From Eledone cirrhosa (lineage: Eukaryota): a stretch of DNA of 64,000 nucleotides. Below the pieces are notes generated by a model. It was not told the origin of the DNA and did no database searches. It worked only from the letters and a program-made list of their open reading frames with translations. The stretch spans positions 362,638,001 through 362,702,000 of the forward strand of contig OZ024742.1 in NCBI GenBank assembly GCA_964016885.1, read 5' to 3'. Positions 20,693 to 31,605 of the stretch are shown here, one piece after another. Each line of letters opens with the position of its first letter. Within the stretch, counting starts at the first letter, position 1. The position numbers and the translations under genes were made by a program.

Positions 20693-21990
20693 AAAATATA
20701 TTGTTATAAGGCTCAAATATTCAAATATTCAACTTTGTATTGTACACTGTATATCCAAAAAAAAATAAAAATGGCTATAAATGGAAGAAGAACCCCTCCC
20801 CTCCTCTCCTCTGGCTACACTATATAGGACAGCTAAACTCACCAACACCAGAAACTAGATACACCACCCACCCCATCATCTGTGTACACTAAACACAACA
20901 GCCAGATAACGACACATTTTCACCTTCACCGCCACCGCTCACTACGGCCATCATTACCACCACTATCCCATCACCGCCGCCACCACCCCTTGACTCCGCT
21001 ACAGCACCATCACTACAGTAATACCGTCACATCACCGCCACCACTGCCTCGGTATCGACATCACCACCACCACTGTCTCAGTGTCGCTAACGCCGCCAGT
21101 CTCCCACTTCCCTGCTGGCTGCTACTTCCACATTATAGAATTCCTACTACTAACAAAGAGGAAGGCATCAAAATATATAGATAGACCCAAAAGAAAAAAG
21201 AAAAAACAAACAACAAAACCAAAGCAGCACAGCAACAACAGCAAAAAACGAGAAAAACAAACAGAGAAAAACAAAAACAAAAAAAAGAAACCCCAAAAAC
21301 GTAAAGAAAATATATTGTTATAAGGCTCAAAACGTAAAGAAAATATATTGTTATAAGGCTCAAAACGTAAAGAAAATATATTGTTATAAGGCTCAAATAT
21401 TCAAATATTCAACTTTGTATTGTACACTGTATATCCAAAAAAAAAAAAATGGCTATAAATGGAAGAAGAACCCGTCCCCTCCTCTCCTCTGGCTACACTA
21501 TATAGGACAGCTAAACTCACCAACACCAGAAACTAGATACACCACCCACCCCATCATCTGTGTACACTAAACACAACAGCCAGATAACGACACATTTTCA
21601 CCTTCACCGCCACCGCTCACTACAGCCATCATTACCACCACTATCCCATCACCGCCGCCACCACCCCTTGACTCCGCTACAGCACCATCACTACAGTAAT
21701 ACGGTCACATCACCGCCACCACTGCCTCGGTATCGACATCACCACCACCACTGTCTCAGTATCGCTAACGCCGCCAGTCTCCCACTTCCCTGCTGGCTGC
21801 TACTTCCACATTATAGAATTCCTACTACTAACAAAGAGGAAGGCATCAAAATATATAGATAGACCCAAAAGGAAAAAGAAAAAACAAACAACAAAACCAA
21901 AGCAGCACAGCAACAACAGCAAAAAACGAGAAAAACAAACAGAGAAAAACAAAAACAAAAAAAAGAAACCCCCAAAACGTAAAGAAAATA
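20693..21990 (+). repeat. ~620-bp tandem duplication with three 33-bp junction units (~21295-21393) in the D1-4 5'UTR
   Basis: aaaatatattgttataaggctcaaatattc...cgtaaagaaaata occurs twice; caaaacgtaaagaaaatatattgttataaggct x3 at the junction. Confidence 0.9.
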
Positions 21991-22292
21991 AGAATGAAGA
22001 GAGAAGCAGGCGGACGGACAGAGAAGAGGGGGGAAAAAGTAAAACTTAAAAAACTAAAACTAAGTCAGACATTCGAACACTACATTACAATGAAACTTAT
22101 GCTTATTCATTTCTGGGGCCCTTTCTGCCTGTGTGTTTGTTTGTTTATGTGTGTTCGTATACAGCGTGGTGATAATGCCACACAAGGGCCAAGTGGGATG
22201 GCGGATCCACAGATGGCTATGTAAACATACATTCGCCAATCCTCGATAAGAGTGTTTAAATATCGAACATAAACAGTTCGAATAACGGTGAA

Positions 22293-25200
22293 ATGGAGAC
22301 TAGAACGTCATGTGACAGACTCTCACCCAACAGGTGCCCCCTGGCTCAGAAGCAGGAACCTGACTGTCAACCAAATACTGCTGATGTTGGAGGAAGGAGA
22401 AGAAGGAAAGGGGCCAGAACCAACTGGACGAAAGAATTGAATAGAACTGTTATGCAATGCTACCTGAAAAGTAACCCCAAGGAGAGGGGCTACAGGAGAC
22501 GGATGCATAACATCTGGAACGAGATTGGTTTATTTAAATTAGATGAACAAAAATTGGCCGGGCAGGCTCGGGTAATAAGAACTAATGGGTGGATAAGCGA
22601 GCTGGAACTGGAGGAACTGAGCAGAGAGAATGGCTTGGAGATGGCGGGTGTAGTATGCCAGACAAGCGAGCCGGTGGGAAATGAAGGTGAGGAGGTCCTG
22701 AGAACGGAGGAACCACCCGAAGCAGACAATGATCTGAGTACTGAGATAAATAATACCTGGAACAGAGATACGGCCACTGAGGAGATGAATGCTGACGGGC
22801 TAGGACAAGATTCGGTTGACATCCTAAATTTAGTGGTAGATGAATTGAACAATGATAGTGGGAGACCTATGAACCTAAGATTTGTAGACAGGAAAAAGTT
22901 AAAAGAAACAACAGCTAAGGTAAACAAAGTCATCCCATACCTTGAGGCGAGGAGCCTTCACCAGTGCAACAATATCCTCAGAGCAACAGCAAATACGGTG
23001 AGGAAACTACTTGGTATAAAAGCGAGAGGAAACAACAGACAAGAAAGAGCAGAGCCGTGGTGGAAGAAGCGACTGAGTGGGCAAATCGGGGAAATGAGAA
23101 ATGACATAGGAAAGCTTGAGTCACTACTGAATGGGACACTAAAAAACATAGGCACTAAAAATAGACTGGAAATAAAATACAAAACTAGGAGTAAAAAGCT
23201 AAATATTATCATAGAGGAATTGAAGCAACGCATTGTAGCAAAGAGTGCAAAAATCAGGCGATACGAGAACAGAGTCAGTCAGTATAAACAGAACCGCATG
23301 TTCGACAACAACCAGAAGATGCTGTTTGGACAGCTGGAGGGCAAAGAAAGAGGCAACGACTTGATGCCTGGGGCGGAGCAAACTAAAACATTCTGGAGAG
23401 GAATATGGGAGCAGGATGTTAGACACAATGCCCAGGCAGGGTGGATTGAGACAGTACAGAGGGAGATCGGTGAGCAGGCACAGCAACAGACTGATTTGAG
23501 TATCACAGTTGAAACTCTTAAGGGGCAAGCCAAAAAACTAACCAACTGGAAATCACCAGGCCCAGATGGTGTGCAGGGGTATTGGATTAAACATCTAACA
23601 TCCCTCCACCCGAAGCTGACGGCCATGTTCAATGACTGCTTGGTGTCGGGTGAGGTGCCAGAGTGGTTGACAAAAGGTACCACAGTTCTGATAATGAAAG
23701 ACCGAATCAAGGGTAATGATGCTACCAACTATAGACCTATCACATGTCTGCCCGTAATGTGGAAACTGTTGACGAGCATTGTGTCTGAGGAAATCTACCA
23801 TCACCTCCACACAAACAACTTGTTACCGGACGAACAGAAAGGATGCCGAAAGAAGTCACGTGGTACAAAGGACCAGTTGCTTATTGATAAGATGGTAATG
23901 GGGAATTGCAGGAGGAGACACACTGATCTTGCCATGGGATGGATAGACTACAGAAAGGCATTTGACATGGTGCCTCATTCCAGGATCACCAAAAGCCTGG
24001 AGATCTTCAGGGTGGCAGATAACATCAGACAGTTGCTGGGCAGGAGTATGGGGTCCTGGGAGACAGAGTTGACATCAACTGGAGTATCCTTGGGAAGCGT
24101 GAAGATCAAGAGAGGTATCTTCCAGGGAGATAGCCTGTCCCCTCTGTTGTTTGTCCTTGCCCTGATGCCCTTGACCATTATGCTGCGAAAAGTGAGAGCA
24201 GGATACAAGTTGGGAAGGGGAGAGCTTACCATCAATCACCTCCTCTTCATGGACGATCTTAAGCTCTTCGGGAAAAGTGAGAAGGAGTTGGATGTGCTTG
24301 TTGACACTGTCCGTATTTTCAGCAGTGATATATGTATGCAGTTTGGTATTGGTAAATGTGGAGTCATTGTGATGAAGAGGGGTAGGTTGAGCAGAAGTAA
24401 CGGGATCCAGATACCAACAGGTGAGATGATAAAGGAAATTGACTCTGAGGAAGGATACAAGTATTTGGGCGTTCTGGAGGCTGATGGCATAAAGAACAAA
24501 AAAATGAAGGAATTGTTAAGAACTGAATACATTCGGAGAGTAAGGAGCGTATTGAAGTCACATCTGAACAGCAGAAATGCCATAAGCGCAGTAAATTCCC
24601 GAGCTGTGTCTATTATTAGGTACAGTGCGGGAATTCTGAGATGGAATGTTGCTGAACAGAAAGAAATGGATAGGAAGACTAGGAAGCTATTGACTATCTA
24701 CAACATGTTCCACAAGAGGAGTGATGTCGATAGACTCTACCTAAGGAGATCTGAGGGTGGAAGAGGTCTTATCAGCATAGAGGACTGTGTTCAGATGGAG
24801 AAAAACAACCTATACAAATACGTGACCTATAGTAAGGAGCCAATGCTCAGAGCTGTACTGAAGGAGGGGACAGTAGGCCAGGGGATGTCCAGGGAGGAAA
24901 TAACATCAAGGAGGAAGAGCAGCCTTAAGGGAAAACCCCTTCATAGTACCTTCTTTGAGAAAACTGAATTTAGAGATCCACAGACATGGAACTGGTTGAG
25001 AAGAGGAGACCTCAAAAAGGCTACAGAAGGAATGCTAATGGCTGCGCAGGAGCAGGCCCTCAAAACGAAGTGGTTGAAGCACCATATCTACAAGGAGGAG
25101 GCCAACCCACTGTGCAGGATCTGTGGAGAGAGAGAGGAGACTGTGGCTCACATTGTGTCCGAGTGTAAACACCTAGCCCAGACCCACTATAAGGGCTGGA

Positions 25201-25685
25201 GACACGGTGTGATGGGCAGGGTGATCCACTGGCACCTGTGCAAAGTAAACAATCTACCACATTCTGAGAAATGGTATGAGCATAGGCCAGAGGCGGTGAT
25301 GGAGAACAATCAGGTGAAGGTGCTGTGGGATTTTAGGATACAGACGGACAAAAAACTGGAACACAATAGACCTGACCTGGTGGTTGTGGACAAAGAAAAA
25401 AGATCGTGCCTGATTGTGGATGTGGCCTGCCCGTTCGACACGAGAGTGCAAGAGAAGGAGAGGGAGAAAATTAACCGATACCAGGACCTAAAGTGGGAGG
25501 TGAAAAGGATTTGGAAATGCCATGAAGTCAAAGTGATCCCGATTGTTATAGGCGCACTGGGGACTATCTCCAAAAGTTTCCAGGGATGGTTAAAGAAAAT
25601 CGGCCCCTTCACGCTTTTTGGAACGCTTCAAAAGGCATGCTTGCTTGGAACAGCAAGAACCCTCCGATACGTCCTGAATATCTGA
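22293..25685 (+). CDS. R4/Dong-type polyprotein: RT + CCHC + RLE (1130 aa)
   Basis: LFMDD RT, CRIC-x8-H-x4-C, PD..D..K RLE motif at C-terminus, no APE domain. Confidence 0.95.
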   Translation: METRTSCDRLSPNRCPLAQKQEPDCQPNTADVGGRRRRKGARTNWTKELNRTVMQCYLKSNPKERGYRRRMHNIWNEIGLFKLDEQKLAGQARVIRTNGWISELELEELSRENGLEMAGVVCQTSEPVGNEGEEVLRTEEPPEADNDLSTEINNTWNRDTATEEMNADGLGQDSVDILNLVVDELNNDSGRPMNLRFVDRKKLKETTAKVNKVIPYLEARSLHQCNNILRATANTVRKLLGIKARGNNRQERAEPWWKKRLSGQIGEMRNDIGKLESLLNGTLKNIGTKNRLEIKYKTRSKKLNIIIEELKQRIVAKSAKIRRYENRVSQYKQNRMFDNNQKMLFGQLEGKERGNDLMPGAEQTKTFWRGIWEQDVRHNAQAGWIETVQREIGEQAQQQTDLSITVETLKGQAKKLTNWKSPGPDGVQGYWIKHLTSLHPKLTAMFNDCLVSGEVPEWLTKGTTVLIMKDRIKGNDATNYRPITCLPVMWKLLTSIVSEEIYHHLHTNNLLPDEQKGCRKKSRGTKDQLLIDKMVMGNCRRRHTDLAMGWIDYRKAFDMVPHSRITKSLEIFRVADNIRQLLGRSMGSWETELTSTGVSLGSVKIKRGIFQGDSLSPLLFVLALMPLTIMLRKVRAGYKLGRGELTINHLLFMDDLKLFGKSEKELDVLVDTVRIFSSDICMQFGIGKCGVIVMKRGRLSRSNGIQIPTGEMIKEIDSEEGYKYLGVLEADGIKNKKMKELLRTEYIRRVRSVLKSHLNSRNAISAVNSRAVSIIRYSAGILRWNVAEQKEMDRKTRKLLTIYNMFHKRSDVDRLYLRRSEGGRGLISIEDCVQMEKNNLYKYVTYSKEPMLRAVLKEGTVGQGMSREEITSRRKSSLKGKPLHSTFFEKTEFRDPQTWNWLRRGDLKKATEGMLMAAQEQALKTKWLKHHIYKEEANPLCRICGEREETVAHIVSECKHLAQTHYKGWRHGVMGRVIHWHLCKVNNLPHSEKWYEHRPEAVMENNQVKVLWDFRIQTDKKLEHNRPDLVVVDKEKRSCLIVDVACPFDTRVQEKEREKINRYQDLKWEVKRIWKCHEVKVIPIVIGALGTISKSFQGWLKKIGPFTLFGTLQKACLLGTARTLRYVLNI

Positions 25686-25759
25686 GGCTGCAGGTAGTGG
25701 CTTGATATTCAATCCAACGGACTTTCCAGTTAACCAACATCAATGACTGAGATTCAAGG

Positions 25760-25794
25760 AATAACAATAACAATAATAATAATAATAATAATAA
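25760..25794. repeat. AATAACAATAAC(AAT)n tail/spacer
   Basis: Direct reading. Confidence 0.98.
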
Positions 25795-27620
25795 GCCAGG
25801 GGAAGAAGACGCACGAGGTGGTAGAACGTCACGAAATTGCTCCCGTAAGTTTTTTGATTTTTAACATATTTAAATCAATTGTGAAAGAACAATTCTTAGC
25901 ACAAATGTTGCATAAAGGCACCGAATGAGGTCCCATAAAGTTTCGGATCCATATTATATTGTTGTATCGCTCAAATATTCAATTTTGTATGATATATCTT
26001 GTATTAAAAAAAAGAAAACGGTTATAAATGGAACAAAACACCCTCTGTCTACACTATATAGAACAGCGGCAATTTCAATTTCACCAACACCAGAAACTTG
26101 ATACACTACCTATCCCTTCACACCAGATAACGGCAATTTCACCGGCATCATAATAATAATTACTATTATTATTGTCTCAAATTTTAAAAAATGTTTAATT
26201 CAAATTTTACGGGAATATGTCAACACAAAATATAATGAAAATATATATTAAACATACGAACACAAACTCATAGATACTATATCAGTAACCACAACACCAC
26301 CGTTGCCACCACCCCACCACATCCATCATCGCCGCCACCACTCATTCAGTGCTACTGACACTATTCCCCTGTTAACTTGAGAGAGAAAAGGGAAGGTGGC
26401 GGTAGCACTAGACAAGAGAGAGGCTAGCAAAAGATATAAATAGATTGACTGGTGACCTTGCCACGGCCAAACGTCTACATCAACAATTATGGGACTGCTG
26501 GCTCACCCCTTCCTCACCAACAATATAAAAAGCCCCGGCACCACCACCGACATAGCCAGCAGAAATAACAGCCAACTACAACAAAAAGTATATTATATTA
26601 TTGTAATGCACTGGGTGATTGCTGGCCTTGTGCCTGGAGTGGAGACGATTATTAATAATTTTATTTTTAAGCCACGCAATGCTCACATTAAGGAACCACT
26701 CATGATAATAACAATTTAAAAAAAAACAACAAAAAGAAAACCCCGTGACCAAGAAATACCGGGATGGCGGCCGGCGGGGAATAGCCATGTCTCTAGGGGA
26801 GAACGACCCCTCTAGTCTTGGTTGACACTCGTTCTAGAAGTGGTACCACGAAATGATTACCCCTTGGCGGATAAGGATAAAACGCGACAAAATAAAGTAA
26901 ATGTCTAATGATAAAATCTCATACCGGATCGGCCGTCACCCGGGTAAAAAAGGGCCGCGTCCCTCAGAGAGGAACCAGACTGGGGTCGAAAAATCAGCTA
27001 ATGGTTCAAACCTTCCCATCACTTCGGAGCTGGAGACCTCCCATAACCGGAATACTCCTACTGTTGGCCCTCCATGCTCACCACCAAGAAATCCAAAGAA
27101 AAAGAGAGAAAAATGGTCAAGGGAAGATAATAAAGAAGTCCTTGAGGCTTTCTACACTGCCATGTACTACCCATCAAATACATCGAATACAGAACAAACA
27201 TATATCAACTGGAAAAAGAAACATCCCGAAAACAGAGGCTATATTGACAGTAACAAACTAGCCAATATACGAAGAAATATTGTAAGAAAAAAGTTACTAA
27301 CTGATATAGAAATTGATCAGATCAAGCTATTAGCACAAAGTCAGCGAAGGGAAAATGAAGCATGTGTCAGTGAAAACGAGGTAAACTGTAACACTTCGAA
27401 TCCCAGGGTTGGGGCGGAATCACTGGCAACAGAACAAATTAAAGAAAGGAGCGAAAAAGTGGAGGGAGTGCATGCTCAGGATGAAACTCCAAATGAAAAT
27501 AATGAGATCGTAAATGATAAAGAAATGAATGAGAATGAACTTGCCAACTTGAAGGATGAAATTATGATCGAATGGATGAAAATGAAAGAATCTGACATGG
27601 GGCAACGAGACACCCTCCCT
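25795..27620 (+). mobile_element. 5' part of R4/Dong-clade family D2 (D2-1); 3' part deleted
   Basis: Collinear with 31606-33470; ORF starts 26901 (MSNDKISY..KWSREDN) and is fused at ~27620 to Tx1 sequence. Confidence 0.9.
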
Positions 27621-30600
27621 CAGCAGTGCCACCGCTCCTCGGCTCACAGAACTGGGAATTCTCCCGTTCTGTTGCCAGTTGCAGTAGACGTCCGCCAAGA
27701 GGCCTCCGAACAAGTCTGGCATCTGTACGTAAAGTTCATAGGGCAGACCATCCAAACCAGGCGATTTACCCGTTGTGCAGCCAGTCATTGCCTCCCTTAC
27801 TTCAGCGGCTGTTATCGGCTTTTCGCAACACTTCGCCTCAGTGGCCGAGAGCCGCGGCAGTCCGTCGAGGTAGACACTAAAGTCCATCCCTCGACCCGGC
27901 CCACCGCTTCCCCCGAACAGCTGAGCGAAGTGTCGCTGAAAAGCTTCACACATTTGCCCGGGATCGAGTAGCATGCGCCCGTCGTGGTCCCCCAAAGACC
28001 GGATCGTGGCTTTGTTGCCACGATGGGCCTCCGCCACTCAGGCCCATTGAACGGCTTTCGTCCCCTCGTGTCTGAGAGCACGCACCCTTGCTCTGACAAC
28101 GCAGCCTTCGTGCTTTGCATTGAAGAATTGGTCAAGGGCCAATTTCGCCGCAAGCACGTCGGTCGCAATGCCTTTGCTAAGCGCCTCGTCTAATTTTCTA
28201 ACTAGTTCTCCCTCTGCTCTATTTATCTCTATTGCTAAAGCCTTACTAAACCTAATGGATTCTATTCTAATCGCTCTTTTCAGAGCAAACCACCACTTGT
28301 TGTTGACGATGGCCCCCGTCAACGCCCGCTTAACTAGTTCGCTAATCCGGTCTCTGTAGGCCTTGCGCGCTGGTAAGGACGCGTTTAGCTTCCAGTAGCC
28401 GGATCCTCGTCTATGAAGCCTATCTAAGTCAAGCACACAGATCACGAATTTGTGGTCCGTGTAGCTGACTATCTTGAATTGTGGACAGCCTATGCTAGAC
28501 CTATCTATTTCCCTACAAAATACTCTATCTAGATATGATCTGGATGACCCTATGCGATTTGTCCAAGTCCACATTGGCGCATTCGGGAAATCCAATCGGT
28601 ACCTGTCAGACAGTTCAAAACGCCTGAGCAGGTTGGTGAGGCTCTTGCACCCTCCACCCCTATCCGCTAATCCCACACAGTCCCAGCGTGCATCTAAGAT
28701 CCCGTTCCAGTCGCCCACTAACACTAAAGAGCGGGACGATCCAAGAAAGGTCTCCAGACGCCGGAAGAAATCAGGCCGCCCTGCTCCTGTCGGGGCATAG
28801 ACGGCCACTAGCCTGAAAGCTTGCCCGTCTCCGCTGGTCACGTCCAGCACCACCAGCTTACCCTCTGGGTCCAGGAAGATGGCCCGTATGGCGAGATCCA
28901 AACCTCTCCGAAATAGCACAGCAACTCCTCCCCCCGATCCAGGACGGCTGGGAGATGCGTACACATCGTAGCCGCCGAAGATCGGTGCGAAGGCCCGTGC
29001 TTCGGAGATTCTGGTCTCGCTGATGGCCACTACATCTATTTTTAGTGACCTGAGGTCGTTGAGCAGGTGACCCTGCTTCCATGACGACCCCAAGCCACGC
29101 GCATTTATGCTGCCTATTCTGAGTGAGGTCATGTTTAAAATAGAGTGGAAAAGATGGGAAAGACCACTTATCGTACTTTTGGTAGAGGAGGGATGGTTTT
29201 TACATCCCTTTTCACTTGATCGTCTGGTGAAGGGACCGTTGAATCGTCCCTTCGGCTGGTCGTCGGCTCTTCTAAGAGAATGTCTGAATATACTCTTCGA
29301 TTGATAGTTCCTCCTAGGTCCCTGAAATCACCAACTGCGTTGGGGAATTTCGTTTTAATGTTTGTGTATTGTTTCTGTGCTATTTTTAGCAGTCTTATGT
29401 TAGTTGGCGTTTTGATTGGTGCTGGTATTATGTAGTCGTGTTGTGAAATGTCTGTGTGTTCAATTATGTAAGTCATTAGTTTCTTGTTGTGTGTATTTAT
29501 TGCCGTGCATTTGTTTTTCTGGGGGTGGGGTGTGGTTTTGCTATTTTCTTGTCGTTGTTGCTGAGTGTGTGTATTTTGTTGTTGTGTTTGCGACGTTGGT
29601 GCTTGTGGTGGTGGTGTTGAAGGTGTTGTTGTCGGTGGGGTTGTCGCTGGTGGTGATGGTGGTGCTAGTGTGGGTGGTAATGGTGTTGGTGGTGTTGCTG
29701 CTGTGGGTCTCTTTGCAGTAGACTTTACCCTTTTCTCATTTCTTTCCTCCGTTTTCAAAGGCGACGATGCGCTGCTTCTGCGTTTGTGCCTTCTTACGAC
29801 CTTTTGCCATCTCTCTCCCACCTCACACTCCATGTCTGATTCTGTGAGGTCGGGGAGGGGTACCAGCTCCACTCTTTCACTTGTTGTTGTTGGTCATGTT
29901 TGCAGTGGAGTCTCTGTTGCAGCTGCATTTGGTATTGCTGTTGTTGTTGTTAATATTTCCTCTGTTGCTGCTGTTTTTGATTTCCGTGGCGTGGGTATGG
30001 GTGCCACGGACCTATCGTTCCTGGTTGCCGCTTGTCCTGCTGCTGGTAGCCGTGGAGCCGGTTTCGGAAGGAGGGGGGGTTTCTCCTTTCTCAGGGTCTT
30101 CTCGCTGCAGAAGGCCCTGAGGTGAGTCTTCGATCCACAGCGAAAGCATTTCGGGCGTTTTCCCTCAACACTTATGGGCAGTTGAGTGCCGTTATCGAAG
30201 TCTATCACATCCGGGATAGCTTCGATGCACTCCTGGTTGGTTTGGATTAGCATCTCAATGGAGGTGCCGACCCAATCTTCTCTTACTTTTTTCTGTACTT
30301 GCAGTACAGTTGTTTTGTCCTCGATTCCGACGAGGACAGACGCGGCCAGCCAAGAAGGGGCCATCCCGGGGGGGGGGGGGGCGTGCGTCAGTTTGACCCT
30401 CACTATTTTTTGCCCGCAGTAGGAGGGCACCAACACCATTTCCTCGCTCCTTAGCGTCACTACGGATTGGGCCTTTGCCTCCTGGGGTGTGGCAAAAAGT
30501 ACGTCTACGGTGGCATATTTTTTTCCTCGGGTGATGTGCGTTTTCCGCTGCCACACAGACCCTAAGGCTTTTTGTATTTGAGCCTCTGTGGCTCTTTCCA

Positions 30601-31492
30601 CCCTACGGGATTTTGTACTTACTGTACGGTACGTGACCGTACAGTGCTGTTGGGTTTCGAAAAATTTTTCCGCTGCCTTGCAGATTGCTCGGTGTCCAGT
30701 CTTTGTCACCATCTTCTTCGCTTCCTCTAATTCCTCATTTGTTATGAGGATTGTTTCCAAGTTTTTCGCAATACCTGCAAATGAGATTGGTTTTTCTTTG
30801 ATGCTGTTGTTGTTGTTGTCGTCAGAGCTGCTGTTACTTTTGTTGTTGCTGCAGGTACTACGACTACTGCCTTCGCCGTTGTTGCTGTGGTTGTTGTTGG
30901 TGTTGCTGCTGCTAATGCTGTTGTTGTTTATGCTGCTGGTGATGCTGTTGCGGCTGCTACTGTTGTTTTCATTGTCACTGTTGCTGTTGTTATTACGGCT
31001 GCTACTGCTATTATTCCTGACGTCAGACGAATGAACTGGGTTTTCGTATTTCCCGCACACCTGTTTCGTCGCTGTCGTCGTCGTCGTGGAGAAACCTTGC
31101 ACGCTTTGCACGAGACTTTTCTTTTCTTTCGTCGCTTGCGAAAGAGAAGGGAGGGAGTGAGACACATTTAAAGAAGGGAGGGAGAGAGACAATCTTCTCT
31201 CTGCTGTAGTAATGATTGAGGAAGAAGAAGACGGAATGAGTGGGAGTGACATATGCAAATTCTTTTTCGTAGCCATGCTGATTTTTTTGTTTAAAATAAA
31301 TATTGGGTACAAAACCCCAATAAGCAGTTATTTAACTCCGAAGGGCCAAATAACGGGCAGAAAGACCCCTCTCACGAGGAGGAGGGTGTTTTTGTCTACA
31401 AGTTGGTCTAAGTTTTAAACAATTTACAATTGTTATAGCGTTCAAAATTTACAGTACCTTACAGAGCCGAGCCTCCGTCAACCATAGCATTC
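27619..31492 (-). mobile_element. 5' part of Tx1 family A (copy A3); 3' ~2.2 kb deleted; nonsense-mutated
   Basis: Collinear with ~2459-6317; ORF1 split 29894-31312 / 29168-29872; ORF2 28038-29132 ends at a premature TGA. Confidence 0.92.
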
Positions 31493-31522
31493 AATAATAA
31501 TAATAATAATAATAATAATAAT

Positions 31523-31605
<83 letters not shown>
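31493..31605. repeat. (TAA)n spacer with one TTA interruption; longest tract in the array
   Basis: Direct reading. Confidence 0.98.

Larger units (their letters stand above)
20545..25759 (+). mobile_element. Full-length R4/Dong-clade D1 copy (D1-4) with uninterrupted ORF
   Basis: Same termini as D1-3; single 1130-aa ORF. Confidence 0.95.

Noticed and set aside
26901-27971. 356-aa ORF as a novel gene
   Set aside because: Chimera of the D2 N-terminus and antisense Tx1 ORF2 across a deletion junction
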